From positions 34,023-98,022 of the forward strand of contig CAZGFG010000003.1 of assembly GCA_964524895.1 (NCBI GenBank): 64,000 nucleotides of DNA, written 5' to 3'. Below are positions 40,427-49,733 of this stretch, in pieces. The DNA comes from an uncultured Gammaproteobacteria bacterium. GTDB taxonomy: Bacteria > Patescibacteriota > Microgenomatia > Daviesbacterales > UBA10151. The notes beneath the pieces were generated by a model that worked only from the letters and a program-made list of their open reading frames with translations, made no database searches and had not been told where the DNA came from. Position 1 is the first letter of the stretch. Each line of letters opens with the position of its first letter. The translations under genes were made by a program, and so were the position numbers.

Positions 40427-41657
40427 CTTTAAATTCTAACACGGAATAAGACAGCCCCCAAACTAACATCAACATTCGGTATCCTTGGGGCAAGGTCAAA
40501 AAGTAGTGGTCAAACATTCCCAAAAAGGCAATTAGCACCCAAACAGTCAGTAGTATCTTTGCTTCTTTCAAACTCTTTCTCTTCCAAAGTCCCCATATAG
40601 GGATTGCGCAAAATATAAATAGTCCTAAGGTTCCCACAACCCCCACCTCTACCAATGAAAGTAGGTAAATGTTATGAACAGGTTGTAAAAACCGATTCGG
40701 GCCAACCAGTAAGCTATCTGCGCCAGAGTATATAAAATTATTCAGACCCACTCCCAACAAAGGTTTTTGCGTAAACTTAATTAAGGATATTTCTATTAGC
40801 TCTTCCCGCCGCAGTAATGAAAGATTGTCAAAACTTAAAAGAGAGGTAAATCTGGTAAAGATAAAGGGAGAAAGTATGACCAGGGATAAGATCAATATAG
40901 CAAGCCCAGTTCTTTTTAAAAACACCAGCCCCAAAAGCAACCCTGCTAAAATAGCTACCCTGGAGGCAGTCAGAATCACGGTTAAACCACCCAGTAAAGT
41001 AGCCCCTTCCAGCAGTCTTTTCGCCAGATAAGAAACCGGTTTAATAAGCATTAATAACATCAAGCCTATTAATAAAAAAGCGGCCAAAACATTGGGGTGG
41101 GGCAGAGTTGCGTAAGGCCTTAAAAACTCCCTGCCGTAAAAATCAAACTTGGCTATAGCCGGAGTAGAAAGAGTGAAGCTTCTTTCACCTAAAACCCAAA
41201 GGCCTATGCTGCTACCATTTATAAATTCCAAGAGTGCTATAGATGACTGTAAAAAAACTGCAGAAGCCAAACTATAAAATAGCACGCCCCGAAACTCTTC
41301 AATTCTCTTAGAAGCTAGATAAATACCCAGTAACGAGGCTGCCAGGTATTGTTCCATCCTAAAGACACCTGCTCCCAAATTTACAGGGGTACCAAAAACA
41401 ATCTGGAAAAGAGACAGAGACAGAAGAAGCAAAAAAACCAGCACTAAATTCAGGGCTTGTCTGTTAACTTTGTGCCCCTGCAGCAAAAAAATAGCCAGTA
41501 GCCCAACCACTAAAATATCCCAAAAATAAATAGTGGGGGAGAGGTAATCTATTTTTAAAGAGAAAAGGTAGGCAAACTGTGGCCAAAAATGTTTACCAAG
41601 TTGGGTTGGCAAAAATAGCAGAACCAAAAAAAGCATCAGGCTTTCAATCTTTTCCAC
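40410..41657 (-). CDS. O-antigen ligase/polymerase-like membrane protein (Wzy_C)
   Basis: Polytopic. Periplasmic-loop motif GVGLNNFIYSG...VHNIYLLSLVEVGVVG matches the Wzy_C (h-HN-yLq...E-G) signature. Confidence 0.55.
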   Translation of the reverse strand: MEKIESLMLFLVLLFLPTQLGKHFWPQFAYLFSLKIDYLSPTIYFWDILVVGLLAIFLLQGHKVNRQALNLVLVFLLLLSLSLFQIVFGTPVNLGAGVFRMEQYLAASLLGIYLASKRIEEFRGVLFYSLASAVFLQSSIALLEFINGSSIGLWVLGERSFTLSTPAIAKFDFYGREFLRPYATLPHPNVLAAFLLIGLMLLMLIKPVSYLAKRLLEGATLLGGLTVILTASRVAILAGLLLGLVFLKRTGLAILILSLVILSPFIFTRFTSLLSFDNLSLLRREELIEISLIKFTQKPLLGVGLNNFIYSGADSLLVGPNRFLQPVHNIYLLSLVEVGVVGTLGLFIFCAIPIWGLWKRKSLKEAKILLTVWVLIAFLGMFDHYFLTLPQGYRMLMLVWGLSYSVLEFKDGQIA

Positions 41658-42157
41658 TAGGCAATTTCTTCTGTAATCTCGCCTTTTTCGGCTTTAGACC
41701 GTTTTTCCCCTTTACCTAAAGGTTTTATTACCAAGTGTCTCTCTCTTCCTTCCCCGATACTTTCCGACTCTACCCCCTTAATATCCTGAAGAGTTACGTG
41801 AACTATTCTCCTTTGCCAAGAGGACATGGGTTCAAGCTCCAATTCTTTTTTTGAATCCAGAACCTGTTTTGCCCACTCCTTAGACATTTGAACCAATTCT
41901 TCTTCCCTATTCTTTCTCCAGTCTGCAACGTCGATAATAACCCGCTTAAACTCCTTACTTTTTTGAGACACTATTTGGTTTACCAAAAGCTGCAAAGCCT
42001 CCAGCGATTCTCCTTTGTAGCCTATCACTCTACCTGCATCATCGGTCTGGATAGAAACATGATACATATCGTCTTTCTCTTCAATATCATAGCTACCTTC
42101 CAAAAGAAGTAGCCCTAAAATATTGTCTAAAATGTCACTTAAATCTTCTTGTGTCAT
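41657..42157 (-). CDS. jag: Jag/SpoIIIJ-associated protein (KH + R3H RNA-binding)
   Basis: KH-like VIGYKGESLEALQLLVNQIV. R3H region ...MSSWQRRIVHVTLQD...GEGRERHLVI. Lies directly downstream of yidC. Confidence 0.75.
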   Translation of the reverse strand: MTQEDLSDILDNILGLLLLEGSYDIEEKDDMYHVSIQTDDAGRVIGYKGESLEALQLLVNQIVSQKSKEFKRVIIDVADWRKNREEELVQMSKEWAKQVLDSKKELELEPMSSWQRRIVHVTLQDIKGVESESIGEGRERHLVIKPLGKGEKRSKAEKGEITEEIA

Positions 42158-42990
42158 AATATTTTTAACTTTTTAGTCAGTTCGATTAACCCTCCCCACC
42201 CAGAAACCCGATACTGCTGTAATATTCCCAGTATTGTATAGGTATTCCAATAAATTGCAAGCCCTATCGGGAACTGCCAGGCAAAAAAACCAATCATCAG
42301 GGGCATCATATAAACCATTTGGGATTGGACCTGACTCATGCTATCTTCAATACTTTCTTTTTCTTTAATCTCTTTGGGGGAATCTGAAGAATAAACTTTA
42401 GGCGGCTTAACAATAGCCATTTGGGACTGAATAAAAGTCAGCAGAGCTGTTAGGGCTGGAATTAGCAGCAGGAAGCTCCCATGGGTGGCAAATTCAGAAG
42501 GTTTATAGCCTAAATTTAGGCCTAAAAAATAAGGGTCCAGTGTTTGAGGCAGTTTTAACCAAGAGAAATATAAAATCGAATTTACATAATCTATGCTGCT
42601 TCCGGCAACAGAGGGTAAGATGTGGGTTATAGCCTGATATAAACCAATAAAGACAGGGATTTGGATAATGGCCGGCAGGCACCCTCCGGCCGGATTCACC
42701 CCATGCTCTTTATACAAAGCCATCTGGGCCGATGCCAGGGTCTGCTTATCGCCCTTATGCTTACTTTTTAAGGCATCCATGTGCGGTTTTAACTCTGCCA
42801 TCTTCTTGGCGGATTGCAGCTGGGTGGTCATAAACGGCCAGACCAAAACTCTAATAATAACAGTCAAAACAATTATAGAGAGGCCTAAGGCTCCCGGAAG
42901 GTTTGCTGCCGTTAGTACCTGATAAATAAAGACCAAGAGGTTAATGATCGGGTGCAAAAACAATTGGTTAAAAATATCTCCTATATTCAT
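42154..42990 (-). CDS. yidC: Membrane protein insertase YidC/Oxa1 (short form)
   Basis: Five-TM core with conserved WGGLIE-type and FPIGLAIYW motifs. Canonical position in the rpmH-rnpA-yidD-yidC-jag cluster. Confidence 0.85.
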   Translation of the reverse strand: MNIGDIFNQLFLHPIINLLVFIYQVLTAANLPGALGLSIIVLTVIIRVLVWPFMTTQLQSAKKMAELKPHMDALKSKHKGDKQTLASAQMALYKEHGVNPAGGCLPAIIQIPVFIGLYQAITHILPSVAGSSIDYVNSILYFSWLKLPQTLDPYFLGLNLGYKPSEFATHGSFLLLIPALTALLTFIQSQMAIVKPPKVYSSDSPKEIKEKESIEDSMSQVQSQMVYMMPLMIGFFAWQFPIGLAIYWNTYTILGILQQYRVSGWGGLIELTKKLKIL

Positions 42991-43194
42991 TTACTTACAC
43001 CCCCATATTCTTAGAAATCCCATCTTCAGCCCTGTTAGAACCCCATACTGCTTTATCTTTTCTTTCATATAGACAGAGCAGGTAGGGTACTGCCGGCATG
43101 CACCCCCTGGTGCAAACAAAGCCAGCATCCCCCGATCAAAAGAGAAGAAGGTCGCATATAGATCTATAAGGCCGATAACTATTCTTTTTGTCAT
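42991..43194 (-). CDS. yidD: Membrane protein insertion efficiency factor YidD
   Basis: LIDLYATFFS...CRQYPTCSVY (compare the YidD CRFxPTCSxY motif). Confidence 0.75.
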   Translation of the reverse strand: MTKRIVIGLIDLYATFFSFDRGMLALFAPGGACRQYPTCSVYMKEKIKQYGVLTGLKMGFLRIWGCK

Positions 43195-43529
43195 TTTAAA
43201 GATTTGATCTTTGGTAACAATCGTTCCACTTCCCGGTCTAATTCTTCCGATTTTACATCAAGCACCCGAGCATTGGGAAGAGCAACGATATTTATTCCCG
43301 GCGGCAGTGCTTGATACAACTTGCCAAAAGATTGATATACAATCCTTTTGGCTCTGCTTCTGTCAACTGCTTTTTTAAAAACCCTGCCGGAAACCGCCAC
43401 CCCAACCCTTGCTTCTTTATTTTCCCCCATCTTTACAAAGAGCTTGAAATAAGTGCCGCGGAACATACTTCCGGAAGCTACCCATTTAAAATCTTTGCTA
43501 AGATTAACCCTTCTATCTTTGGGAAACAT
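43191..43529 (-). CDS. rnpA: RNase P protein component
   Basis: FKLFVKMGENKEARVGVAVSGRVFKKAVDRSRAKRIV (RNR motif region). Downstream of rpmH. Confidence 0.8.
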   Translation of the reverse strand: MFPKDRRVNLSKDFKWVASGSMFRGTYFKLFVKMGENKEARVGVAVSGRVFKKAVDRSRAKRIVYQSFGKLYQALPPGINIVALPNARVLDVKSEELDREVERLLPKIKSLK

Positions 43530-43544
43530 ATAAAGTTCTGAAGT

Positions 43545-43688
43545 TTATACTGTCAGTTTTTTGCGCCCCCGTACTCTTCTTCTTTTAAGAACCTTGGCTC
43601 CACCGGCAGTAGACATCCTGGATAAAAATCCGTGCTTTTTGACCCTCTTTAGCTTTTTAGGCTGGTATGTTCTTTTGGTTTTTGCCAT
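43545..43688 (-). CDS. rpmH: 50S ribosomal protein L34
   Basis: Not in the ORF track because it is under 50 aa. Reverse-strand translation [47 protein letters not shown] matches the L34 consensus. Confidence 0.85.
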   Translation of the reverse strand: MAKTKRTYQPKKLKRVKKHGFLSRMSTAGGAKVLKRRRVRGRKKLTV

Positions 43689-43823
43689 AGCTGAAGTTTA
43701 ACCAATTCGCAACTAAAATTCAATTGGGGTAAAAGTGATCTACTTTTTACCAGTTTCTCTACCTTGCACAAGACTGCTGCGTCGTTTATCTTGTGGATAA
43801 CTCGAAGGTAAAAAACCTACATC
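43689..43823. promoter_or_regulatory. dnaA upstream region with a DnaA box (TGTGGATAA at 43792-43800) and the rpmH promoter
   Basis: Perfect 9-mer complementary to TTATCCACA, 24 nt upstream of the dnaA ATG. Confidence 0.5.
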
Positions 43824-45158
43824 ATGAACCCGCAAAAACAGTGGCATAAAATTCTGGAGATTATCAAATCAGAGCTTCCGGCTCATAATTTTCGTGCTTG
43901 GTTTGCAATTACCGATATCAAAGAAATTACGGAAACATCTTTGATTATTATCACTCCCTCCGCTTTTATTAAGGAGCAACTGGGCCGGCGTTATCTTGAC
44001 TTGATAGAAAAAGCGGCTCAAAAAGTCTGCGGGCGTAAGATGGTAGTTAATTTTGTAGTCGACTCTTCTCGGCTTGTTAAAAAAGACAGAGCGGAGGGGG
44101 AGGGTCCTTTTTTTGCTACCCAAGAAAAAGTCTCCTCTCATATTCTTAACTCAAAGTTTACGTTGGAGAATTTTGTGGTGGGGTTATCCAACAATGTTGC
44201 TTATGCGGCCGCCCAAGCAGTTGTCCAAAACCCTGGTAGTTCATATAACCCTTTATTTTTTTATGGCGGAACCGGAGTAGGCAAAACCCACTTAATGTTG
44301 GGCATCGGAAACGCTATACTTGCCAGAAGGCCTGAAACTAAAGTCATATACTGCTCCTCGGAAAAGTTTACTAACGACTACGTCGAGGCTATCCAGACCA
44401 GAAAGATGGGGGAGTTGCGGCATAGATACAGGTCGGCGGATTTACTGCTTATCGATGATATCCAGTTTTTCTCCGGCCGGGAAGGCACACAGGAGGAGTT
44501 TTTTCATACATTCAATGACCTACAAAGCAAAAACTGTCAAATCGTTTTGACCTCCGACAGAGCTCCCCATGAAGTGGAAAAATTGGAAGACAGGCTAAAA
44601 TCCCGCTTCCAAGGAGGACTGATGGTAGATATCCAGTTGCCGGATTTTGATACCAGAGTGGCAATCTTGCGGGCCAAGTGCCTGGAAAGAGGGGAGAGTG
44701 TCCCGGAAGAATCTTTAAACTTAATCGCCAAGGCTTATGAAACAAATGCCCGGGAACTGGAAGGAAAGTTAATCCAAATTATCCAAATACTTAAAATCCA
44801 AAACAAACAACCTTTGCCGGAAATCATCCTGGAGTTTATAGGCAATGCTACCAAATCTTCTCCGGTTCAAAACGTCAGTTATAGACAAGTGCTTAATGCT
44901 ATCTGTAGTTATTTTAATATCAAAACCCAAGAATTATTGGGGCCAAGAAGACAAAAAGAGCTGGTTTTGCCCAGACACTTGGCCATGCATATATTAAGCG
45001 AGGATCTGAAAATGACTGTGGAAAAGATCGGTGAAGTGTTAGGGGGAAGAGACCACACCACGGTTATGCACGGAAGAGATAAAGTAAAGAGGTTGCTTCA
45101 GACAGATAAGCAAATCCAAAAAATGTTTATGGAGATCCGCCAATCGCTTGCCGGTTAA
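43824..45158 (+). CDS. dnaA: Chromosomal replication initiator DnaA
   Basis: AAA+ Walker A GGTGVGKTHL, Walker B LLLIDDIQF, sensor and box VII regions, and a C-terminal DNA-binding domain (HTTVMHG). Confidence 0.95.
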   Translation: MNPQKQWHKILEIIKSELPAHNFRAWFAITDIKEITETSLIIITPSAFIKEQLGRRYLDLIEKAAQKVCGRKMVVNFVVDSSRLVKKDRAEGEGPFFATQEKVSSHILNSKFTLENFVVGLSNNVAYAAAQAVVQNPGSSYNPLFFYGGTGVGKTHLMLGIGNAILARRPETKVIYCSSEKFTNDYVEAIQTRKMGELRHRYRSADLLLIDDIQFFSGREGTQEEFFHTFNDLQSKNCQIVLTSDRAPHEVEKLEDRLKSRFQGGLMVDIQLPDFDTRVAILRAKCLERGESVPEESLNLIAKAYETNARELEGKLIQIIQILKIQNKQPLPEIILEFIGNATKSSPVQNVSYRQVLNAICSYFNIKTQELLGPRRQKELVLPRHLAMHILSEDLKMTVEKIGEVLGGRDHTTVMHGRDKVKRLLQTDKQIQKMFMEIRQSLAG

Positions 45159-45346
45159 GTTATACACACTCCTCTAGCTTTATCCACATACTTATCCACA
45201 AACTAAAGTTATTTTTACACACGAAATTATCCCAAAAATGAATTTAAAAACCTTCTTTTCCACCAAAATCTTGCCCCTATTAATAAGGTGACTATTTAAT
45301 ATATTTAAGGTAAAATCTAACAGCTTGTTAATAAGTTAACAGTATT
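45159..45346. other. Probable oriC: two tandem DnaA boxes plus an AT-rich unwinding region
   Basis: TTATCCACA at 45180-45188 and 45192-45200. A degenerate TTATCCCAA follows. Downstream are about 120 nt of AT-rich sequence (aaaaatgaatttaaaaa, tatttaatatatttaagg). The region sits between dnaA and dnaN. Confidence 0.55.
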
Positions 45347-45799
45347 ATGGAGATCAATTGGTATTGGGTAGGAATATTTGCACTGGTAGTTTTTATAGCC
45401 TATTTATTCGGTAGACTTCACTCCAAACCTCAATCAGATATACCGGCAGATCTTATAGACCTCTACAAAGGAGTTCAGGAACTACCGGCCAGAGTTCTAC
45501 AAACGATCCAGGGCTCTATTAACCCGCAAAAAGGGAAGATGGCCGAACTTTTAACTTATGCGGAGTTGCGCTACGATTATGATCGAATTATACCTTTGGG
45601 TTGGCCCATAGATTTTATAGGTATTAAAAACAACGAGAGGATAGACTTCATAGAAGTTAAGTCGGGCCTCTCCTACATCTTGACAGATGAAGAAAAACAC
45701 ATTAAAAACCTAGTATCCTCGGGAAGGGTTAACTTTAGATTAATCAAGGTGACGGAAGAGGAGGTTAATCGATTTATTTCTGCCAAAAAAGAGCACTGA
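45347..45799 (+). CDS. Membrane-anchored PD-(D/E)XK nuclease, Hjc/restriction-endonuclease-like
   Basis: N-terminal TM (WYWVGIFALVVFIAYLF). GKMAELLTYAELRY followed by PIDFIGIKNNERIDFIEVKSG fits an E...D...ExK active-site layout. Confidence 0.45.
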   Translation: MEINWYWVGIFALVVFIAYLFGRLHSKPQSDIPADLIDLYKGVQELPARVLQTIQGSINPQKGKMAELLTYAELRYDYDRIIPLGWPIDFIGIKNNERIDFIEVKSGLSYILTDEEKHIKNLVSSGRVNFRLIKVTEEEVNRFISAKKEH

Positions 45800-45812
45800 C
45801 CCACAACAACTT

Positions 45813-46913
45813 ATGAAAATCAGCGTATTACAACAAGACTTGCTGCCTGTTCTGCATAGTGTGGCCAGGTCGGTAGGGGTACACGCCAACTTACCTGTCT
45901 TGGATAATTTTCTTTTATCTGTAGACGGAAAAAAGCTAAAGGTTGCCGGAACTAATTTGGAGATTGGGATAATCAAGTATTTACCGGTAGAGGTTTTGGA
46001 AGAAGGGGAGATAACGGTACCGGCTAAAACTTTGGTGGAGTTAATGTCCGGGTTGGGCCAGGTAAAGGTAGAGTTGGAGTCAAAAGGGGAAATGCTTACC
46101 GTAACAAGCGGAAAATTTAAGGCTTCTTTAAACGGCATCGCTGCCTCCGAATTTCCGGTGATACCGGTTTCTGCAGAAGACGGGGTAAGTTTTACCAAAG
46201 AGATTCTGCTGTCAAGCAGTCAGATCCTGTTTGCGGCAGCTGTGGATGAGGGCAGACCAATTTTAACCGGAATCCTGACCTATGCCACCGGTCAAACCCT
46301 AGATTTTGTGGCTACCGATGGCTTTAGGCTGGCGCACCGCAAAGTATCATTGCCCGGCAAAATTAATGAGTTCAAATCCCTTATCCCACGCAGAACCTTT
46401 GAGGAGGTGTTGCGGGTGATTGGGGAAGAAGATGCAGACGAAGTCGTGGTTTCTTCTGCCAAGAATCAAAACCAGGCTATCTTCACTATCGGCAAGAGTG
46501 TTATCTCCTCGAGGTTAATTGAAGGACAGTTTCCTTCATGGGAGAAAATTATCCCGGCCCAGTTTGTTACCAGGGCTATGGTAGATAAAGATAGTTTGCT
46601 CAAGGGAGTAAAATTGGCAGCAGTTTTTGCCCGCTCCGAAGCAAATGTAATAGTTATAAAAACTACTAAAAACCAGCTAATCCTAAAATCTTCGGCTAAG
46701 GAGTTAGGTAGTCAGGAGAACGAGATAGAGGGTAATATTGAAGGTGAGGATTTGGAGATTGCTTTTAATACCAAGTTTTTATTGGATGCCCTATCGGCCT
46801 CACCTGCAACCCAACTGTCTATTGAATTCTCCGGGGCACTTTCCCCAACAGTTGTTAAACCGATTGGGGTAGAAGGGTTGGAATATATAGTAATGCCGGT
46901 GAGGCTGAACTAA
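45813..46913 (+). CDS. dnaN: DNA polymerase III beta sliding clamp
   Basis: 366 aa with a three-domain clamp pattern (MKISVLQQDLLPVLHSV, ...ATDGFRLAHR..., C-terminal ...MPVRLN). Confidence 0.9.
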   Translation: MKISVLQQDLLPVLHSVARSVGVHANLPVLDNFLLSVDGKKLKVAGTNLEIGIIKYLPVEVLEEGEITVPAKTLVELMSGLGQVKVELESKGEMLTVTSGKFKASLNGIAASEFPVIPVSAEDGVSFTKEILLSSSQILFAAAVDEGRPILTGILTYATGQTLDFVATDGFRLAHRKVSLPGKINEFKSLIPRRTFEEVLRVIGEEDADEVVVSSAKNQNQAIFTIGKSVISSRLIEGQFPSWEKIIPAQFVTRAMVDKDSLLKGVKLAAVFARSEANVIVIKTTKNQLILKSSAKELGSQENEIEGNIEGEDLEIAFNTKFLLDALSASPATQLSIEFSGALSPTVVKPIGVEGLEYIVMPVRLN

Positions 46914-47395
46914 ACTCCGCGATATTGGATGGTTTTAAAGTGGTAAATTTTTTCTTCTCCCAAATTTTGGGCGCCGTCAAATTTGGTCTCCGGTTTTATA
47001 AATAAAGTATATTCTGTTCCTACCTGATAAGATTCTTCGGGGGTAATTTTAATAATTTTTCTGTCGCTGCTGGTTTCCAGGCGGTATTTGAATTTGGGGG
47101 TGATTTCATGCTTAAACTCTCCGCTGTTTTCCAAAGGTCTGTTGAATGTGATCTCAATAGGTTGGTTTTGCAAAAGGATATCTGACTGCGCAGATCCGGG
47201 CTTGACAGAAAGGACTTGAGGTTTGTCTGATTGAGGGGTGGGGGCTGGGGAGGCTGAACTACTGGACAGTTTAGTTTTAGTTAGGTTAGAATAAAACAGA
47301 AACCCCACGGCTATTAAAACGATTATCAATAAAAATTTGTAGTTTAAGGCTGGCTTTTGGGAAACAGGACTGATGTTTTTTATTTTGTTTATCAT
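46910..47395 (-). CDS. Membrane-anchored hypothetical protein with a beta-sandwich-like extracellular domain
   Basis: N-terminal TM (FLLIIVLIAVGFLFY), a Ser/Pro linker, then a beta-strand-rich domain (EITFNRPL..., YTLFIKPETKF). Confidence 0.35.
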   Translation of the reverse strand: MINKIKNISPVSQKPALNYKFLLIIVLIAVGFLFYSNLTKTKLSSSSASPAPTPQSDKPQVLSVKPGSAQSDILLQNQPIEITFNRPLENSGEFKHEITPKFKYRLETSSDRKIIKITPEESYQVGTEYTLFIKPETKFDGAQNLGEEKIYHFKTIQYRGV

Positions 47396-47441
47396 AGCTT
47401 TTCTATAGCTGCAAAGATAATAAAAAGAGACTTGTTAGACC

Positions 47442-49268
47442 TCATTTAACCACCTCTAAGTTATATAACCAATCTCGGTTTTCTACACCGTTTTCATGTA
47501 AAAATTTATCGAGCTCCTCATTTGCTAATGTAGTGTTGTTACCATTTAATGTTACGATGAATTTGTTTTCTTCAAAACTATATTGAACAGAAAAATCCGC
47601 TTCATTGTACGGGAGTTTTTTAATTAGCTGGGCTACTGTCTCTCCTTCTTTTCTTCCTCTAACGTCCTCTTCAGATGAATAGGAATAAGAATGTCCGGGT
47701 TGGGGGCCTGTATCTGTTAGATTAGTAGAGGGGGTGGGAGATTGGTCTATTCCCGGACTAGGGGATACAGATTGTCTGCCTTGTTGGTTTTCCAGGAAGT
47801 ATTTAATCGTACTTGTGGCCCTGGGATCAGTTAATATTTGGGTGTGGCCAACGTTGGTGGAGTCATTTCCGGGCAAAGACGGTGCGAGCAGCAAAGCGTC
47901 GCAATTCGGGATACCGTTTGCTCCTCGTCCTAAAGGAAGGGCATACCCAAAACCTGGGATAATTGCCGACTTGGGTTTAACAAAACAATCATCACCGTTT
48001 GTCAAACACAGAAGTCGTACATCGCGCCTATCTCTTAAGATTTCAGCAGTTTTTATATTAAGGCCTGTGGTAGCTTGCTGTCTTTGGGGGGAGCTGGCTA
48101 ATGCAGCCAGATAGGTGGTGGCATCGTTTCCTAGTTGTGTATCTAAGCCTAGTCCGCGCAGATAATTGCTAATTTCTGCTCCGGAGACCCCATTCACCGG
48201 GGCATCCAGCAGTAAGGCAGACCTGATCACGCTATCTCGGTGAGGACCCCTTTCCGGCATTACATTTTCTGTAAGATATTGCCAGGCCGTAAATCCCCCA
48301 AGTGAGTAGCCCAGTAAATCTATATTTTTGTAATACCTCCGGAGCCCGTCGGCCATATCACGTAGTATATCGGCGCTTTTATGTACATCTTGGAATGTAT
48401 CCTTTGGACCGTATAAATTAAGGCTCCATTGGGGCGGTCGGTCGAAAAGTTGAAAAACCCCGCCGCCCGAATAACTAAAACGAGCAACCAAGTCATAGAG
48501 GGGGAGCAGGTCTTGACGCAGTGACTCAAAAGTTGGCCCCAGTCCGATAGGGTCCATCTTAAAGCTACTACCCAAACCGTCTAACAAAATTAGAGCTGAA
48601 GGGGCAGGGTTATCCGGGGCAACTTGACCTTGCAGCTTACCAATTTGCGCCCATGTTTGGAGATATTGGTCAACTGTTATAGGGTTAAAAACCTGAATTT
48701 CGTATACTTTCCGATCACTTTGTAGTGCAACGAGCGCAAAACCTTGACTGGCAAAAATTTGTGTTTCTGCAAGGGGTATCGTCGGACGCTCCCAAAAATC
48801 AGACTTTGGCGGAGGTGCAGTAGACTCGGGAGATCCATAAATGGAGGTAAATTGGGGGGTGTCGACGTAAGCTCCTGGTCCCAGGGTCCCAACTATAGAT
48901 ACCTGTTTAAACCTAGCTACACCATCTTGCCCAGTAATTACTGTATGAGGTCTTTCTGGAATTATTGAGGTGAAGGTATATTTTGTCAGACCGCCCGGCA
49001 AGAATTCTCGTCTGCTGTTAGGCAGGCCTAGGAGCTCTTTATCGGTACTCTCACCTATATTTATCTCTGCAACAAGTTTTCCCACTCCGCTCAAAGGGAG
49101 CAGACGGGTAGGGTCTTGGGGGCTAGCTGCTGGAGCTTCGGTTTGTGCCAGAGTTGCTTCAGGGTGTTGGATAAAGTTGTAGGCAAGAACAGTCCCTCCT
49201 GCCATTAAAGTTAGAAACTTCCCTCTGGTGAGAGAAACATCATCAAACCGTTGTTCTACGTTCTTCAT
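47442..49268 (-). CDS. Secreted alpha/beta-hydrolase (lipase/esterase-like) with a novel C-terminal domain of about 65 aa
   Basis: N-terminal signal-like segment. GxSxG nucleophile elbow LLGYSLGGFTAW. C-terminal ...LIKKLPYNEADFSVQYSFEENKFIVTLNGN...FLHENGVENRDWLYNL is shared with the next gene. Confidence 0.55.
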   Translation of the reverse strand: MKNVEQRFDDVSLTRGKFLTLMAGGTVLAYNFIQHPEATLAQTEAPAASPQDPTRLLPLSGVGKLVAEINIGESTDKELLGLPNSRREFLPGGLTKYTFTSIIPERPHTVITGQDGVARFKQVSIVGTLGPGAYVDTPQFTSIYGSPESTAPPPKSDFWERPTIPLAETQIFASQGFALVALQSDRKVYEIQVFNPITVDQYLQTWAQIGKLQGQVAPDNPAPSALILLDGLGSSFKMDPIGLGPTFESLRQDLLPLYDLVARFSYSGGGVFQLFDRPPQWSLNLYGPKDTFQDVHKSADILRDMADGLRRYYKNIDLLGYSLGGFTAWQYLTENVMPERGPHRDSVIRSALLLDAPVNGVSGAEISNYLRGLGLDTQLGNDATTYLAALASSPQRQQATTGLNIKTAEILRDRRDVRLLCLTNGDDCFVKPKSAIIPGFGYALPLGRGANGIPNCDALLLAPSLPGNDSTNVGHTQILTDPRATSTIKYFLENQQGRQSVSPSPGIDQSPTPSTNLTDTGPQPGHSYSYSSEEDVRGRKEGETVAQLIKKLPYNEADFSVQYSFEENKFIVTLNGNNTTLANEELDKFLHENGVENRDWLYNLEVVK

Positions 49269-49726
49269 ATAACCTCAATTTTTAGGTTTTTAATCCAGTC
49301 TCGACTTTGAATGCCGTTCTCAGACAAAAAACTATCTATCTCTTTATTGCCTGTTTCTTCCGACCCTTTCTTTAAACTAATAGTGAACTGGTTGGTATCA
49401 AAATTATATGACATTGAGGAGTAGCTGCCGTTAAAAGGAAGTTTCGTAATCAGCTTCCCAACGGTAGCACTTTGCTTTACGTAATCAGCTTCTTGCTGCT
49501 GGATTGTTTTAATGCTCTCCTGATATACGACTCCTTGGGATGGGATATTGATAGGCAAGGGGGTACTAATAGGGGATGGAGTTGGCGAGAACAATTGGAT
49601 TGGTTTGGGAGTTACTTGCGGAATATTTTTTGGTCCGATAAACTGTAGGTAAACAAAAGAGGTGAGAATAAAAAGCATTCCTACTGCAGAAACTATATAA
49701 CCTAAATTCTTCTTAATAAAATCCAT
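49265..49726 (-). CDS. Small membrane-anchored protein carrying the same C-terminal domain as the lipase-like protein
   Basis: TM anchor and a Pro-rich linker. C-terminal LITKLPFNGSYSSMSYNFDTNQFTISLKKG...FLSENGIQSRDWIKNL is about 40% identical to the tail of the upstream protein. Confidence 0.4.
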   Translation of the reverse strand: MDFIKKNLGYIVSAVGMLFILTSFVYLQFIGPKNIPQVTPKPIQLFSPTPSPISTPLPINIPSQGVVYQESIKTIQQQEADYVKQSATVGKLITKLPFNGSYSSMSYNFDTNQFTISLKKGSEETGNKEIDSFLSENGIQSRDWIKNLKIEVI

Positions 49727-49733
49727 ATTTTGA

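Noticed and set aside
47442-47560. Twin-arginine (Tat) signal on the lipase-like protein
   Set aside because: It has only a single Arg (LTRGKFL), not the S/T-R-R-x-F-L-K motif. A generic signal or anchor is more likely.
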